64,000 bases of DNA, taken from the NCBI RefSeq assembly GCF_003018255.1, contig NZ_CP027440.1; one strand, 5' to 3'. Position 1 is the first letter of the stretch. Every line of letters starts with the position of its first letter. The notes beneath the pieces are model-generated. The model had not been told where the DNA came from, did no database searches, and saw nothing but the letters and a program-made list of their open reading frames with translations. Origin of the DNA: Escherichia coli (lineage in GTDB: Bacteria > Pseudomonadota > Gammaproteobacteria > Enterobacterales > Enterobacteriaceae). Made by a program: the position numbers and the translations under genes. Shown piece after piece: positions 53,735 through 64,000 of this stretch.

Positions 53735-53840
53735 TTTTATTTCCTTTTTCTCCATTGAACTTTCAGTTTCTTTTCTATAGATTTTAACCAACGAAAGAAA
53801 TCACCAAGTGAAATGAAACGAAAGGCAAACGAAAGCGACA
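53735..53840 (+). promoter_or_regulatory. agaS promoter with AgaR operator repeats
   Basis: tttcgttttatttcc, aactttcagtttctttt, gaaatgaaacgaaaggcaaacgaaagcg repeats. Confidence 0.55.
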
Positions 53841-53877
53841 ACGCCGACGTCAAGTTCATCAGACTAAGGATTGAGTT

Positions 53878-55032
53878 ATGCCAGAAAATTACACCCCTGC
53901 TGCTGCCGCAACCGATACATGGACTGAAGAAGAGATCCGCCATCAGCCTCGCGCATGGATCCGTTCACTCACCAACATCGACGCGCTACGTTCCGCGCTC
54001 AATAACTTCCTTGAACCGTTACTGCGCAAAGAGAATCTGCAAATCATCCTGACCGGAGCCGGAACCTCGGCATTTATCGGTGACATCATCGCGCCGTGGC
54101 TCGCCAGTCATACCGGTAAAAACTTCAGCGCCGTACCGACCACCGATCTGGTCACTAATCCGATGGACTACCTGAATCCAGCTCATCCGCTGCTGTTGAT
54201 CTCCTTCGGTCGATCCGGCAACAGCCCGGAAAGCGTCGCTGCCGTGGAACTGGCAAATCAATTTGTACCCGAGTGCTATCACCTGCCGATCACCTGCAAC
54301 GAAGCGGGCGCTCTTTACCAAAACGCGATCAACAGCGACAACGCGTTTGCCCTACTGATGCCCGCAGAAACGCACGACCGCGGCTTTGCGATGACCAGCA
54401 GCATTACCACCATGATGGCCAGTTGCCTCGCGGTTTTCGCACCTGAGACGATCAACAGCCAGAGCTTCCGCGACGTGGCGGATCGTTGCCAGGCGATCCT
54501 GACCTCACTGGGCGATTTCAGCGAAGGTGTGTTTGGTTACGCACCGTGGAAACGGATCGTTTATCTCGGCAGCGGTGGCTTACAGGGCGCAGCACGCGAG
54601 TCGGCGCTGAAAGTGCTGGAACTGACAGCGGGTAAACTGGCGGCCTTCTATGATTCCCCGACCGGATTCCGTCATGGCCCGAAATCGCTGGTCGATAACG
54701 AAACGCTGGTGGTGGTATTTGTCTCCAGCCACCCTTACACCCGTCAGTATGATCTTGATCTGCTGGCAGAACTCCGCCGCGATAACCAGGCAATGCGCGT
54801 AATCGCCATCGCCGCGGAAAGCAATGACGTTATTACTGCCGGTCCACATATCATCCTGCCGCCGTCCCGTCACTTTATCGACGTTGAGCAGGCATTTTGC
54901 TTCCTGATGTACGCCCAGACATTTGCACTGATGCAGTCGCTGCACATGGGTAATACACCGGATACCCCATCAGCCAGTGGCACCGTTAACCGCGTGGTGC
55001 AAGGCGTAATCATTCATCCGTGGCAGGCATAA
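53878..55032 (+). CDS. agaS: Galactosamine-6-phosphate deaminase/isomerase (SIS domains)
   Basis: 384-aa ORF. Confidence 0.9.
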   Translation: MPENYTPAAAATDTWTEEEIRHQPRAWIRSLTNIDALRSALNNFLEPLLRKENLQIILTGAGTSAFIGDIIAPWLASHTGKNFSAVPTTDLVTNPMDYLNPAHPLLLISFGRSGNSPESVAAVELANQFVPECYHLPITCNEAGALYQNAINSDNAFALLMPAETHDRGFAMTSSITTMMASCLAVFAPETINSQSFRDVADRCQAILTSLGDFSEGVFGYAPWKRIVYLGSGGLQGAARESALKVLELTAGKLAAFYDSPTGFRHGPKSLVDNETLVVVFVSSHPYTRQYDLDLLAELRRDNQAMRVIAIAAESNDVITAGPHIILPPSRHFIDVEQAFCFLMYAQTFALMQSLHMGNTPDTPSASGTVNRVVQGVIIHPWQA

Positions 55033-55905
<873 letters not shown>

Positions 55906-56071
55906 TCATTAGTTTTTTATGATTTATCCCAATGTACTTCCCGATTAATATCGGGGAGTGCCTTAATGGTAAAGGAGATAACTAAACCTTAATAAATACA
56001 TCAGTACAATATCGCAACAATAATATATTTAAAAAGATTATATTATTCAACTTTATGGTGAGGATCACACA

Positions 56072-56548
56072 ATGAGCAGTCCAAATATTCTCTTAACCCG
56101 TATTGATAACCGTCTGGTTCACGGTCAGGTTGGCGTGACCTGGACATCCACCATCGGTGCGAATCTGTTGGTAGTCGTGGATGATGTTGTCGCTAACGAT
56201 GATATTCAACAGAAATTAATGGGTATTACCGCAGAAACCTACGGCTTTGGCATTCGTTTCTTTACTATCGAAAAAACCATTAACGTCATCGGCAAAGCTG
56301 CACCACATCAGAAGATCTTCCTGATTTGCCGTACGCCACAAACGGTACGTAAATTGGTAGAAGGTGGTATTGACCTGAAAGATGTCAACGTCGGCAATAT
56401 GCATTTCTCGGAAGGGAAAAAGCAAATCAGCAGTAAAGTTTATGTCGATGACCAGGATCTCACGGACTTACGTTTTATTAAACAACGTGGCGTGAATGTT
56501 TTCATTCAGGACGTCCCTGGCGATCAAAAAGAACAAATCCCTGACTAA
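56072..56548 (+). CDS. agaB: PTS GalN-specific EIIB
   Basis: 158-aa ORF, paralog of agaV. Confidence 0.9.
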   Translation: MSSPNILLTRIDNRLVHGQVGVTWTSTIGANLLVVVDDVVANDDIQQKLMGITAETYGFGIRFFTIEKTINVIGKAAPHQKIFLICRTPQTVRKLVEGGIDLKDVNVGNMHFSEGKKQISSKVYVDDQDLTDLRFIKQRGVNVFIQDVPGDQKEQIPD

Positions 56549-56586
56549 ATCTAAAATCGCCTTAATATTGGTTTGAGGTAATAAAA

Positions 56587-57390
56587 ATGCATGAAATAAC
56601 CCTACTCCAGGGATTATCCCTGGCGGCGTTAGTTTTCTTTCTGGGGATTGATTTTTGGCTGGAAGCCTTATTTTTATTCCGCCCGATAATCGTTTGTACC
56701 CTTACAGGTGCTATTCTCGGTGATATTCAGACTGGCTTAATTACCGGTGGCCTGACAGAGTTGGCTTTCGCCGGATTAACCCCTGCAGGTGGTGTTCAGC
56801 CGCCCAACCCTATTATGGCGGGTCTGATGACCACTGTCATTGCATGGTCTACGGGCGTTGATGCCAAAACGGCAATTGGTCTTGGCCTGCCGTTTAGTTT
56901 GTTAATGCAGTACGTCATTCTGTTCTTCTATTCCGCTTTCTCATTATTTATGACCAAAGCCGATAAATGCGCAAAAGAGGCGGATACGGCAGCGTTTTCC
57001 CGACTTAACTGGACAACGATGCTCATCGTCGCTTCAGCGTATGCGGTGATTGCTTTCCTCTGTACTTACCTGGCACAGGGGGCGATGCAGGCGCTGGTGA
57101 AAGCGATGCCCGCCTGGCTGACCCACGGCTTTGAAGTGGCTGGCGGTATTCTGCCTGCCGTTGGTTTTGGCTTGCTGCTGCGCGTGATGTTCAAAGCGCA
57201 ATATATCCCTTACCTGATCGCCGGTTTCCTGTTTGTTTGCTACATCCAGGTCAGCAACCTGTTGCCGGTTGCCGTGCTGGGCGCAGGCTTTGCGGTGTAT
57301 GAGTTTTTCAATGCGAAATCCCGGCAGCAAGCGCAACCGCAGCCCGTTGCCAGTAAAAATGAAGAAGAGGACTACAGCAATGGGATCTGA
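56587..57390 (+). CDS. agaC: PTS GalN-specific EIIC
   Basis: 267-aa ORF, paralog of agaW. Confidence 0.9.
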   Translation: MHEITLLQGLSLAALVFFLGIDFWLEALFLFRPIIVCTLTGAILGDIQTGLITGGLTELAFAGLTPAGGVQPPNPIMAGLMTTVIAWSTGVDAKTAIGLGLPFSLLMQYVILFFYSAFSLFMTKADKCAKEADTAAFSRLNWTTMLIVASAYAVIAFLCTYLAQGAMQALVKAMPAWLTHGFEVAGGILPAVGFGLLLRVMFKAQYIPYLIAGFLFVCYIQVSNLLPVAVLGAGFAVYEFFNAKSRQQAQPQPVASKNEEEDYSNGI

Positions 57391-58171
57391 AATCAGTAAA
57401 AAAGATATCACCCGTCTGGGCTTTCGTTCGTCACTGCTACAAGCAAGCTTTAACTACGAAAGGATGCAGGCGGGCGGTTTTACCTGGGCGATGTTGCCGA
57501 TCCTGAAAAAGATTTATAAGGACGACAAACCGGGCCTAAGCGCGGCGATGAAAGATAACCTCGAATTTATTAATACCCACCCTAATCTGGTCGGATTCCT
57601 GATGGGGTTATTAATTTCGATGGAAGAAAAAGGAGAAAACCGCGACACCATTAAAGGCCTCAAAGTAGCACTGTTTGGCCCAATCGCCGGGATTGGCGAT
57701 GCGATTTTCTGGTTCACTTTGTTGCCGATTATGGCGGGGATTTGCTCATCGTTTGCCAGTCAGGGAAACCTGCTGGGGCCGATTCTATTTTTCGCCGTTT
57801 ACCTGCTTATCTTTTTCCTGCGCGTCGGCTGGACCCACGTCGGTTATTCAGTCGGCGTGAAGGCGATCGATAAAGTGCGAGAGAACTCGCAGATGATTGC
57901 CCGTTCGGCAACCATCCTCGGGATCACAGTAATCGGCGGGCTGATCGCTTCGTATGTGCATATTAACGTGGTGACATCGTTTGCCATCGACAGTACCCAC
58001 AGCGTCGCGCTGCAGCAGGATTTCTTCGATAAAGTCTTCCCGAATATTTTACCGATGGCCTACACCCTGCTGATGTATTACTTCCTGCGGGTAAAAAAAG
58101 CGCATCCGGTGCTGTTAATCGGCGTGACGTTTGTTCTTTCTATTGTTTGTTCTGCATTCGGCATTTTGTAA
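57380..58171 (+). CDS. agaD: PTS GalN-specific EIID
   Basis: 263 aa from MGSEISKKDITRLGF; 11-nt overlap with agaC. Confidence 0.9.
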   Translation: MGSEISKKDITRLGFRSSLLQASFNYERMQAGGFTWAMLPILKKIYKDDKPGLSAAMKDNLEFINTHPNLVGFLMGLLISMEEKGENRDTIKGLKVALFGPIAGIGDAIFWFTLLPIMAGICSSFASQGNLLGPILFFAVYLLIFFLRVGWTHVGYSVGVKAIDKVRENSQMIARSATILGITVIGGLIASYVHINVVTSFAIDSTHSVALQQDFFDKVFPNILPMAYTLLMYYFLRVKKAHPVLLIGVTFVLSIVCSAFGIL

Positions 58172-58939
58172 ATGGAACGAGGCACCGCGTCTGGCGGTGC
58201 CTCTTTACTTAAGGAATTTCATCCTGTGCAAACCCTTCAACAAGTTGAAAACTATACGGCGTTAAGTGAACGTGCCAGCGAATATTTATTGGCCGTGATC
58301 CGTAGCAAACCGGATGCCGTGATTTGCCTGGCGACCGGAGCCACGCCATTACTGACGTATCATTATCTGGTAGAAAAAATCCACCAGCAGCAGGTTGATG
58401 TCAGCCAGCTCACCTTCGTGAAGCTCGACGAATGGGTGGATCTGCCATTAACGATGCCTGGTACCTGCGAAACTTTCCTGCAACAGCATATCGTGCAGCC
58501 GCTGGGGCTACGTGAAGACCAGCTCATCAGCTTTCGCTCCGAAGAGATAAATGAGACAGAGTGCGAACGGGTAACGAACCTGATTGCGCGCAAAGGCGGT
58601 CTGGATTTATGCGTTCTCGGATTGGGGAAAAACGGTCATCTTGGGCTGAACGAACCGGGAGAAAGCCTGCAACCGGCCTGCCATATCAGTCAACTTGATG
58701 CCAGAACACAGCAACATGAGATGTTAAAAACCGCGGGTCACCCCGTGACTCGTGGGATCACCTTAGGCCTGAAGGATATTCTCAATGCCCGCGAAGTTTT
58801 GTTACTGGTGACTGGCGAAGGAAAGCAGGATGCGACAGAACGTTTTCTCACAGCTAAAGTCTCTACCGCTATCCCGGCTTCATTTTTATGGCTGCATAAC
58901 TATTTCACATGCATGATTGATGAGATGTGTCGTCGTTAA
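58172..58939 (+). CDS. agaI: Galactosamine-6-phosphate isomerase/deaminase-like protein
   Basis: NagB-like ORF; exact start uncertain (ATG 58172 or downstream). Confidence 0.8.
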   Translation: MERGTASGGASLLKEFHPVQTLQQVENYTALSERASEYLLAVIRSKPDAVICLATGATPLLTYHYLVEKIHQQQVDVSQLTFVKLDEWVDLPLTMPGTCETFLQQHIVQPLGLREDQLISFRSEEINETECERVTNLIARKGGLDLCVLGLGKNGHLGLNEPGESLQPACHISQLDARTQQHEMLKTAGHPVTRGITLGLKDILNAREVLLLVTGEGKQDATERFLTAKVSTAIPASFLWLHNYFTCMIDEMCRR

Positions 58940-58988
58940 CTCGCCTGCTACAGGCGTTGCAACGCTATTCCTGCTGCGACGCCTGTAA

Positions 58989-59852
58989 TCACTCTCCCTG
59001 CTGCTCCAGCGCATACTTATACAGCGCATTTTTCTTCACGCCGTGAATTTCTGCGGCCAGCGCCGCCGCTTTTTTCAGCGGCAGTTCTGCCTGCAACAGC
59101 GCCAGCGTGCGCAGAGCATCGGCGGGTAAGTCTTCTTCCTGTGCTTTATGGCCTTCGACAATCAGCACCATTTCGCCTTTGCGACGGTTTTCATCTTCTT
59201 TGACCCACGCCAGCAGCTCGCCAACGGGCGCGCCGTGAATGGTTTCCCAGGTTTTGGTCAGCTCACGCGCCAGAACCACGTAGCGGGATTCGCCTAATAC
59301 CGCAACGATATCTTCCAGGCTATCTAACAGACGGTGGGTAGATTCATAAAAAATCAGCGTGCGCGGCTCCGCTTCAATAGCTTTTAGCGCATCACGGCGG
59401 CCTTTTGATTTGGCAGGTAAAAAGCCTTCATAACAAAAACGATCGGATGGTAAACCCGCGGCGCTTAACGCAGTGATAGCAGCACACGGCCCTGGTAGCG
59501 GCACCACGCGAATCCCCGCTTCACGACAGGTACGCACCAGATGGTAGCCAGGATCGTTAATTAGCGGCGTTCCGGCATCGGAAACCAGCGCAATGTTTTG
59601 CCCCTCTTGCAGTTTCGCCAGCAGCGTTTCGGCTTTTTGTTGTTCGTTATGGTCGTGCAGCGCAAACAACCGGGCATTAATCCCAAAATGTTGCAGCAAT
59701 AAACCGGTGTGACGCGTATCCTCGGCGGCAATCAGATCAACGGCCTGTAATACCTCTAATGCACGCTGGGTGATATCAGCCAGATTGCCGATTGGCGTCG
59801 GTACAATGTAAAGCTGGCCCTGAGAATTATCCGCCGATTGGTGTTGTTTCAT
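58989..59852 (-). CDS. rsmI: 16S rRNA C1402 2'-O-methyltransferase
   Basis: 287-aa ORF. Confidence 0.9.
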
Positions 59853-59916
59853 TGTGTCGTCCGTATTGCCGATTTAATATTGAGCATTGCGTAAAAAAAA
59901 TATCACTGGATACATT

Positions 59917-61953
59917 ATGGTACCCTCAACATTTTCTCGTTTGAAAGCCGCGCGTTGTCTGCCTGTTGTTCTGGCAGCCCTGATTTTCGCCGGTTGTGGC
60001 ACCCATACTCCCGATCAGTCCACTGCTTATATGCAGGGCACGGCGCAGGCTGATTCTGCCTTTTACCTGCAACAGATGCAGCAAAGTTCTGATGATACCA
60101 GGATCAACTGGCAATTACTCGCCATTCGTGCACTGGTGAAAGAAGGTAAAACCGGACAGGCGGTGGAGTTGTTTAACCAACTACCGCAAGAACTGAACGA
60201 TTCTCAGCGTCGCGAGAAAACACTGCTGGCGGCAGAGATTAAACTGGCGCAGAAAGATTTTGCTGGCGCGCAAAACTTGCTGGCGAAAATCACACCTGCC
60301 GATTTAGAACAAAACCAGCAAGCCCGTTACTGGCAGGCAAAAATCGATGCCAGCCAGGGGCGTCCTTCCATTGATTTACTGCGCGCGTTAATTGCTCAGG
60401 AACCGCTGCTCGGTGCGAAAGAAAAGCAGCAGAATATTGACGCCACATGGCAGGCGCTCTCCTCCATGACTCAGGAGCAGGCGAATACGCTGGTGATCAA
60501 CGCCGACGAAAATATTCTGCAAGGCTGGCTGGATTTGCAGCGCGTCTGGTTTGATAACCGTAACGATCCTGACATGATGAAAGCTGGGATCGCCGACTGG
60601 CAGAAACGTTATCCGAACAACCCGGGCGCGAAAATGCTACCAACGCAGTTGGTTAACGTAAAAGCGTTTAAACCCGCATCGACCAACAAAATCGCCCTGC
60701 TGTTGCCGCTGAATGGCCAGGCAGCGGTATTTGGTCGCACTATTCAGCAAGGCTTTGAAGCGGCGAAAAATATCGGCACTCAGCCAGTGGCGGCCCAGGT
60801 AGCAGCCGCACCTGCCGCAGACGTAGCAGAACAACCTCAGCCGCAAACCGTGGATGGCGTTGCCAGCCCGGCACAAGCTTCGGTTAGCGAGCTGACCGGT
60901 GAACAGCCTGCGGCCCAGCCGGTACCTGTAAGCGCCCCGGCGACAAGCACCGCAGCGGTAAGCGCACCCGCAAATCCATCCGCAGAGCTGAAAATCTACG
61001 ATACCTCATCACAACCACTTAGCCAGATCTTAAGCCAGGTTCAGCAGGATGGTGCGAGTATTGTGGTCGGTCCGTTGCTGAAAAATAACGTTGAAGAGTT
61101 GCTGAAGAGCAACACCCCGCTGAACGTGCTGGCACTGAACCAGCCGGAGAACATCGAAAACCGCGTCAATATTTGTTACTTCGCGCTTTCACCGGAAGAC
61201 GAAGCGCGCGATGCAGCGCGTCATATTCGTGACCAGGGTAAACAAGCGCCGCTGGTGCTGATCCCACGCAGTTCATTGGGCGACCGCGTAGCCAATGCGT
61301 TTGCGCAAGAGTGGCAGAAACTGGGCGGCGGCACCGTTCTGCAACAAAAATTTGGTTCCACCAGCGAATTACGCGCGGGTGTTAACGGCGGTTCTGGTAT
61401 TGCTTTAACGGGTAGCCCGATTACTCCCAGAGCGACAACCGACTCCGGCATGACGACCAACAATCCAACGCTGCAAACCACGCCAACCGATGACCAGTTC
61501 ACCAATAATGGCGGTCGTGTCGATGCGGTGTACATTGTGGCAACGCCGGGTGAAATCGCTTTTATCAAACCGATGATCGCCATGCGTAACGGTAGCCAGA
61601 GCGGTGCAACGCTGTACGCCAGTTCCCGCAGCGCACAAGGCACCGCAGGCCCGGATTTCCGTCTGGAGATGGAAGGCTTGCAGTATAGCGAAATCCCGAT
61701 GCTGGCAGGCGGTAATCTGCCGTTAATGCAGCAGGCGCTCAGCGCGGTGAACAACGATTATTCGCTGGCTCGCATGTATGCGATGGGCGTCGATGCCTGG
61801 TCGTTGGCAAATCATTTCTCACAAATGCGCCAGGTTCAGGGTTTTGAAATCAACGGTAATACCGGAAGCCTGACGGCAAACCCGGATTGCGTGATTAACA
61901 GGAAGTTATCATGGCTACAGTACCAACAAGGTCAGGTAGTCCCCGCCAGTTAA
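59917..61953 (+). CDS. lpoA: Outer-membrane lipoprotein activator of PBP1A
   Basis: Start [27 protein letters not shown] (lipobox); 678 aa; low-complexity Ala/Pro/Gln-rich linker. Confidence 0.9.
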   Translation: MVPSTFSRLKAARCLPVVLAALIFAGCGTHTPDQSTAYMQGTAQADSAFYLQQMQQSSDDTRINWQLLAIRALVKEGKTGQAVELFNQLPQELNDSQRREKTLLAAEIKLAQKDFAGAQNLLAKITPADLEQNQQARYWQAKIDASQGRPSIDLLRALIAQEPLLGAKEKQQNIDATWQALSSMTQEQANTLVINADENILQGWLDLQRVWFDNRNDPDMMKAGIADWQKRYPNNPGAKMLPTQLVNVKAFKPASTNKIALLLPLNGQAAVFGRTIQQGFEAAKNIGTQPVAAQVAAAPAADVAEQPQPQTVDGVASPAQASVSELTGEQPAAQPVPVSAPATSTAAVSAPANPSAELKIYDTSSQPLSQILSQVQQDGASIVVGPLLKNNVEELLKSNTPLNVLALNQPENIENRVNICYFALSPEDEARDAARHIRDQGKQAPLVLIPRSSLGDRVANAFAQEWQKLGGGTVLQQKFGSTSELRAGVNGGSGIALTGSPITPRATTDSGMTTNNPTLQTTPTDDQFTNNGGRVDAVYIVATPGEIAFIKPMIAMRNGSQSGATLYASSRSAQGTAGPDFRLEMEGLQYSEIPMLAGGNLPLMQQALSAVNNDYSLARMYAMGVDAWSLANHFSQMRQVQGFEINGNTGSLTANPDCVINRKLSWLQYQQGQVVPAS

Positions 61954-62306
61954 CCACCAAACAGACCGGCGATGCGTGGGAAGCACAAGCGCGTCGCTGG
62001 CTGGAAGGCAAAGGACTACGGTTTATCGCCGCTAACGTGAACGAGCGTGGCGGCGAGATCGATCTGATAATGCGTGAAGGCCGGACCACCATTTTTATCG
62101 AGGTGCGTTACCGCCGCTCTGCGCTTTATGGCGGCGCGGCAGCCAGTGTGACCCGCAGCAAACAACACAAATTATTACAGACTGCCCGCTTGTGGCTCGC
62201 GCGTCATAATGGGAGTTTTGATACTGTGGATTGCCGGTTCGATGTGGTAGCCTTCACCGGGAATGAGGTTGAGTGGATTAAGGATGCCTTTAATGACCAC
62301 TCATAA
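61911..62306 (+). CDS. yraN: UPF0102 protein YraN
   Basis: 131-aa ORF overlapping lpoA 3' end. Confidence 0.8.
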   Translation: MATVPTRSGSPRQLTTKQTGDAWEAQARRWLEGKGLRFIAANVNERGGEIDLIMREGRTTIFIEVRYRRSALYGGAAASVTRSKQHKLLQTARLWLARHNGSFDTVDCRFDVVAFTGNEVEWIKDAFNDHS

Positions 62307-62325
62307 TTAAGGTTTAAGGATTAGC

Positions 62326-62916
62326 GTGCAAGAAAGAATTAAAGCTTGCTTCACTGAAAGCATTCAAACTCAAATTGCGGCGGCAGAGGCGCTTCCGGAT
62401 GCCATCTCGCGTGCAGCTATGACGCTGGTTCAGTCTCTGCTCAATGGCAACAAAATCCTCTGTTGTGGTAATGGAACTTCCGCTGCCAATGCACAGCATT
62501 TTGCTGCCAGCATGATCAACCGTTTCGAAACGGAGCGGCCCAGCTTACCTGCCATTGCACTAAATACTGATAATGTTGTCTTAACGGCGATTGCCAACGA
62601 TCGCTTACATGATGAAGTGTATGCAAAACAGGTGCGGGCGCTGGGTCATGCGGGAGATGTATTGTTAGCCATTTCCACCCGTGGCAACAGCCGCGATATT
62701 GTAAAAGCGGTAGAAGCTGCCGTTACGCGTGATATGACCATTGTGGCATTAACCGGCTATGACGGCGGTGAACTTGCAGGTTTGTTAGGGCCACAGGATG
62801 TGGAGATCCGCATTCCTTCGCATCGTAGTGCTCGCATTCAGGAAATGCATATGCTGACGGTAAATTGCCTGTGCGATCTGATCGATAACACGCTTTTCCC
62901 TCACCAGGATGTTTAA
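62326..62916 (+). CDS. diaA: DnaA initiator-associating protein (SIS domain)
   Basis: 196 aa, GTG start. Confidence 0.9.
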
Positions 62917-62925
62917 GGAGAATAC

Positions 62926-63501
62926 ATGAAGGCATTATCGCCAATCGCAGTCCTTCTTTCCGCGCTGCTGTTGCAAGGTTGTGTTGCCGCTGCCGTAGTG
63001 GGTACCGCTGCTGTAGGTACCAAAGCCGCAACTGACCCACGCAGTGTCGGCACCCAGGTGGACGATGGTACCCTGGAAGTGCGCGTGAACAGCGCATTGT
63101 CGAAAGACGAACAAATTAAGAAAGAAGCGCGCATTAATGTCACGGCCTATCAGGGCAAAGTGCTGCTGGTTGGGCAGTCACCAAACGCTGAACTTTCGGC
63201 TCGCGCCAAACAGATTGCTATGGGCGTAGACGGTGCCAACGAAGTGTATAACGAGATTCGTCAGGGCCAGCCGATTGGTCTGGGCGAAGCGTCTAACGAT
63301 ACGTGGATCACCACCAAAGTACGTTCGCAGCTGTTAACCAGCGACCTGGTGAAATCGTCCAACGTGAAAGTGACCACCGAAAACGGTGAAGTGTTCCTGA
63401 TGGGGCTGGTGACTGAACGTGAAGCGAAAGCGGCGGCAGATATTGCCAGCCGGGTAAGCGGCGTGAAGCGGGTAACTACGGCGTTTACGTTTATTAAATA
63501 G
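62926..63501 (+). CDS. dolP: Outer-membrane lipoprotein DolP/YraP (dual BON domains)
   Basis: 191 aa with lipoprotein signal (LLLQGC). Confidence 0.9.
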   Translation: MKALSPIAVLLSALLLQGCVAAAVVGTAAVGTKAATDPRSVGTQVDDGTLEVRVNSALSKDEQIKKEARINVTAYQGKVLLVGQSPNAELSARAKQIAMGVDGANEVYNEIRQGQPIGLGEASNDTWITTKVRSQLLTSDLVKSSNVKVTTENGEVFLMGLVTEREAKAAADIASRVSGVKRVTTAFTFIK

Positions 63502-63514
63502 CAGCCCTTGTAAT

Positions 63515-63600
63515 GCCTGATGCGACGCTTGCAGCGTCTTATCAGGCCTACAACGATGCAAACCGTAGGTCGGATAAGGCGTTTACGCCGCATCCGACAT
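63515..63600. repeat. REP/BIME palindromic repeats
   Basis: gcctgatgcgacgcttgcagcgtcttatcaggc and gtaggtcggataaggcgtttacgccgcatccgac. Confidence 0.8.
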
Positions 63601-63613
63601 GTTTTCCCTCAAA

Positions 63614-64000
63614 TCAAACCAACAGCGCCAGCCCGCCGACAATCACACCAGACACTGCCACCATCGCCCCCGTCAGCCATAAGGCTTTCGCCGGGAACGC
63701 TTTGCGCAGCATAATCAGTGACGGCAAACTCACCGCCGGGAGCGTCATCAACAATGCCAGCGCCGGAGCAGTTCCCATACCTGCCAGCATCATCGTTTGT
63801 ACAATCGGAATTTCTGCTGCCGTGGGAATGACAAACAAGCATCCCGCTACCGCCATCGCCACCACCCACATCAGGCTGTTATCGACAGCACCATCGGCAT
63901 GGGGGAATAACCAGACGCGAGCGGCACCCAACACCAGTACTGCAAGGATGTAAACCGGGATCGTACTCCAGAAAAGCGTCCATAGCGCCCTGCCCCAGCG
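63614..64000 (-). CDS. yraQ: Permease YraQ (partial; N-terminus beyond window end)
   Basis: Hydrophobic minus-strand frame remains open to the window edge. Confidence 0.7.
   Translation of the reverse strand, partial: RWGRALWTLFWSTIPVYILAVLVLGAARVWLFPHADGAVDNSLMWVVAMAVAGCLFVIPTAAEIPIVQTMMLAGMGTAPALALLMTLPAVSLPSLIMLRKAFPAKALWLTGAMVAVSGVIVGGLALLV

Noticed and set aside
61221-61754. 177-aa minus-strand ORF inside lpoA
   Set aside because: Antisense to a recognised gene with no independent signals

Overview
The window reads as a contiguous stretch of an Escherichia coli-type chromosome, running ygjJ-ygjK-fadH-higA-rlmG-ygjPQR-alx-sstT-ygjV-uxaAC-exuTR-yqjA-mzrA-yqjCDEKFG-yhaHIJKL-cyuAP(yhaMO)-tdcGFEDCBA-tdcR-rnpB-garKRLP-garD-prlF-yhaV-agaR-kbaZ-agaVWEFA-agaS-kbaY-agaBCD-agaI-rsmI-lpoA-yraN-diaA-dolP-yraQ. 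Gene identities come from recognising the translated ORFs and the RNase P RNA sequence; no search was run. I found no phage, IS element, integrase, CRISPR array or obviously foreign gene system, so I do not think this window holds a novel system. The points most worth a second look are: (1) yqjG is split across two reading frames, consistent with a 1-bp deletion near 22792-22796; (2) only the C-terminal ~26 codons of the higB toxin are recognisable next to an intact higA; (3) the tdcR-rnpB interval is only ~565 bp, where I recall yhaB/yhaC in K-12; (4) the aga/kba N-acetylgalactosamine cluster is complete, which from memory is not the case in K-12; (5) a ~250-bp GC-rich palindromic element sits between alx and sstT. 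The remaining observations are ordinary regulatory or architectural features. Coordinates of starts adjusted from the ORF track were checked against the sequence where stated; terminators and operators are from reading the sequence by eye.
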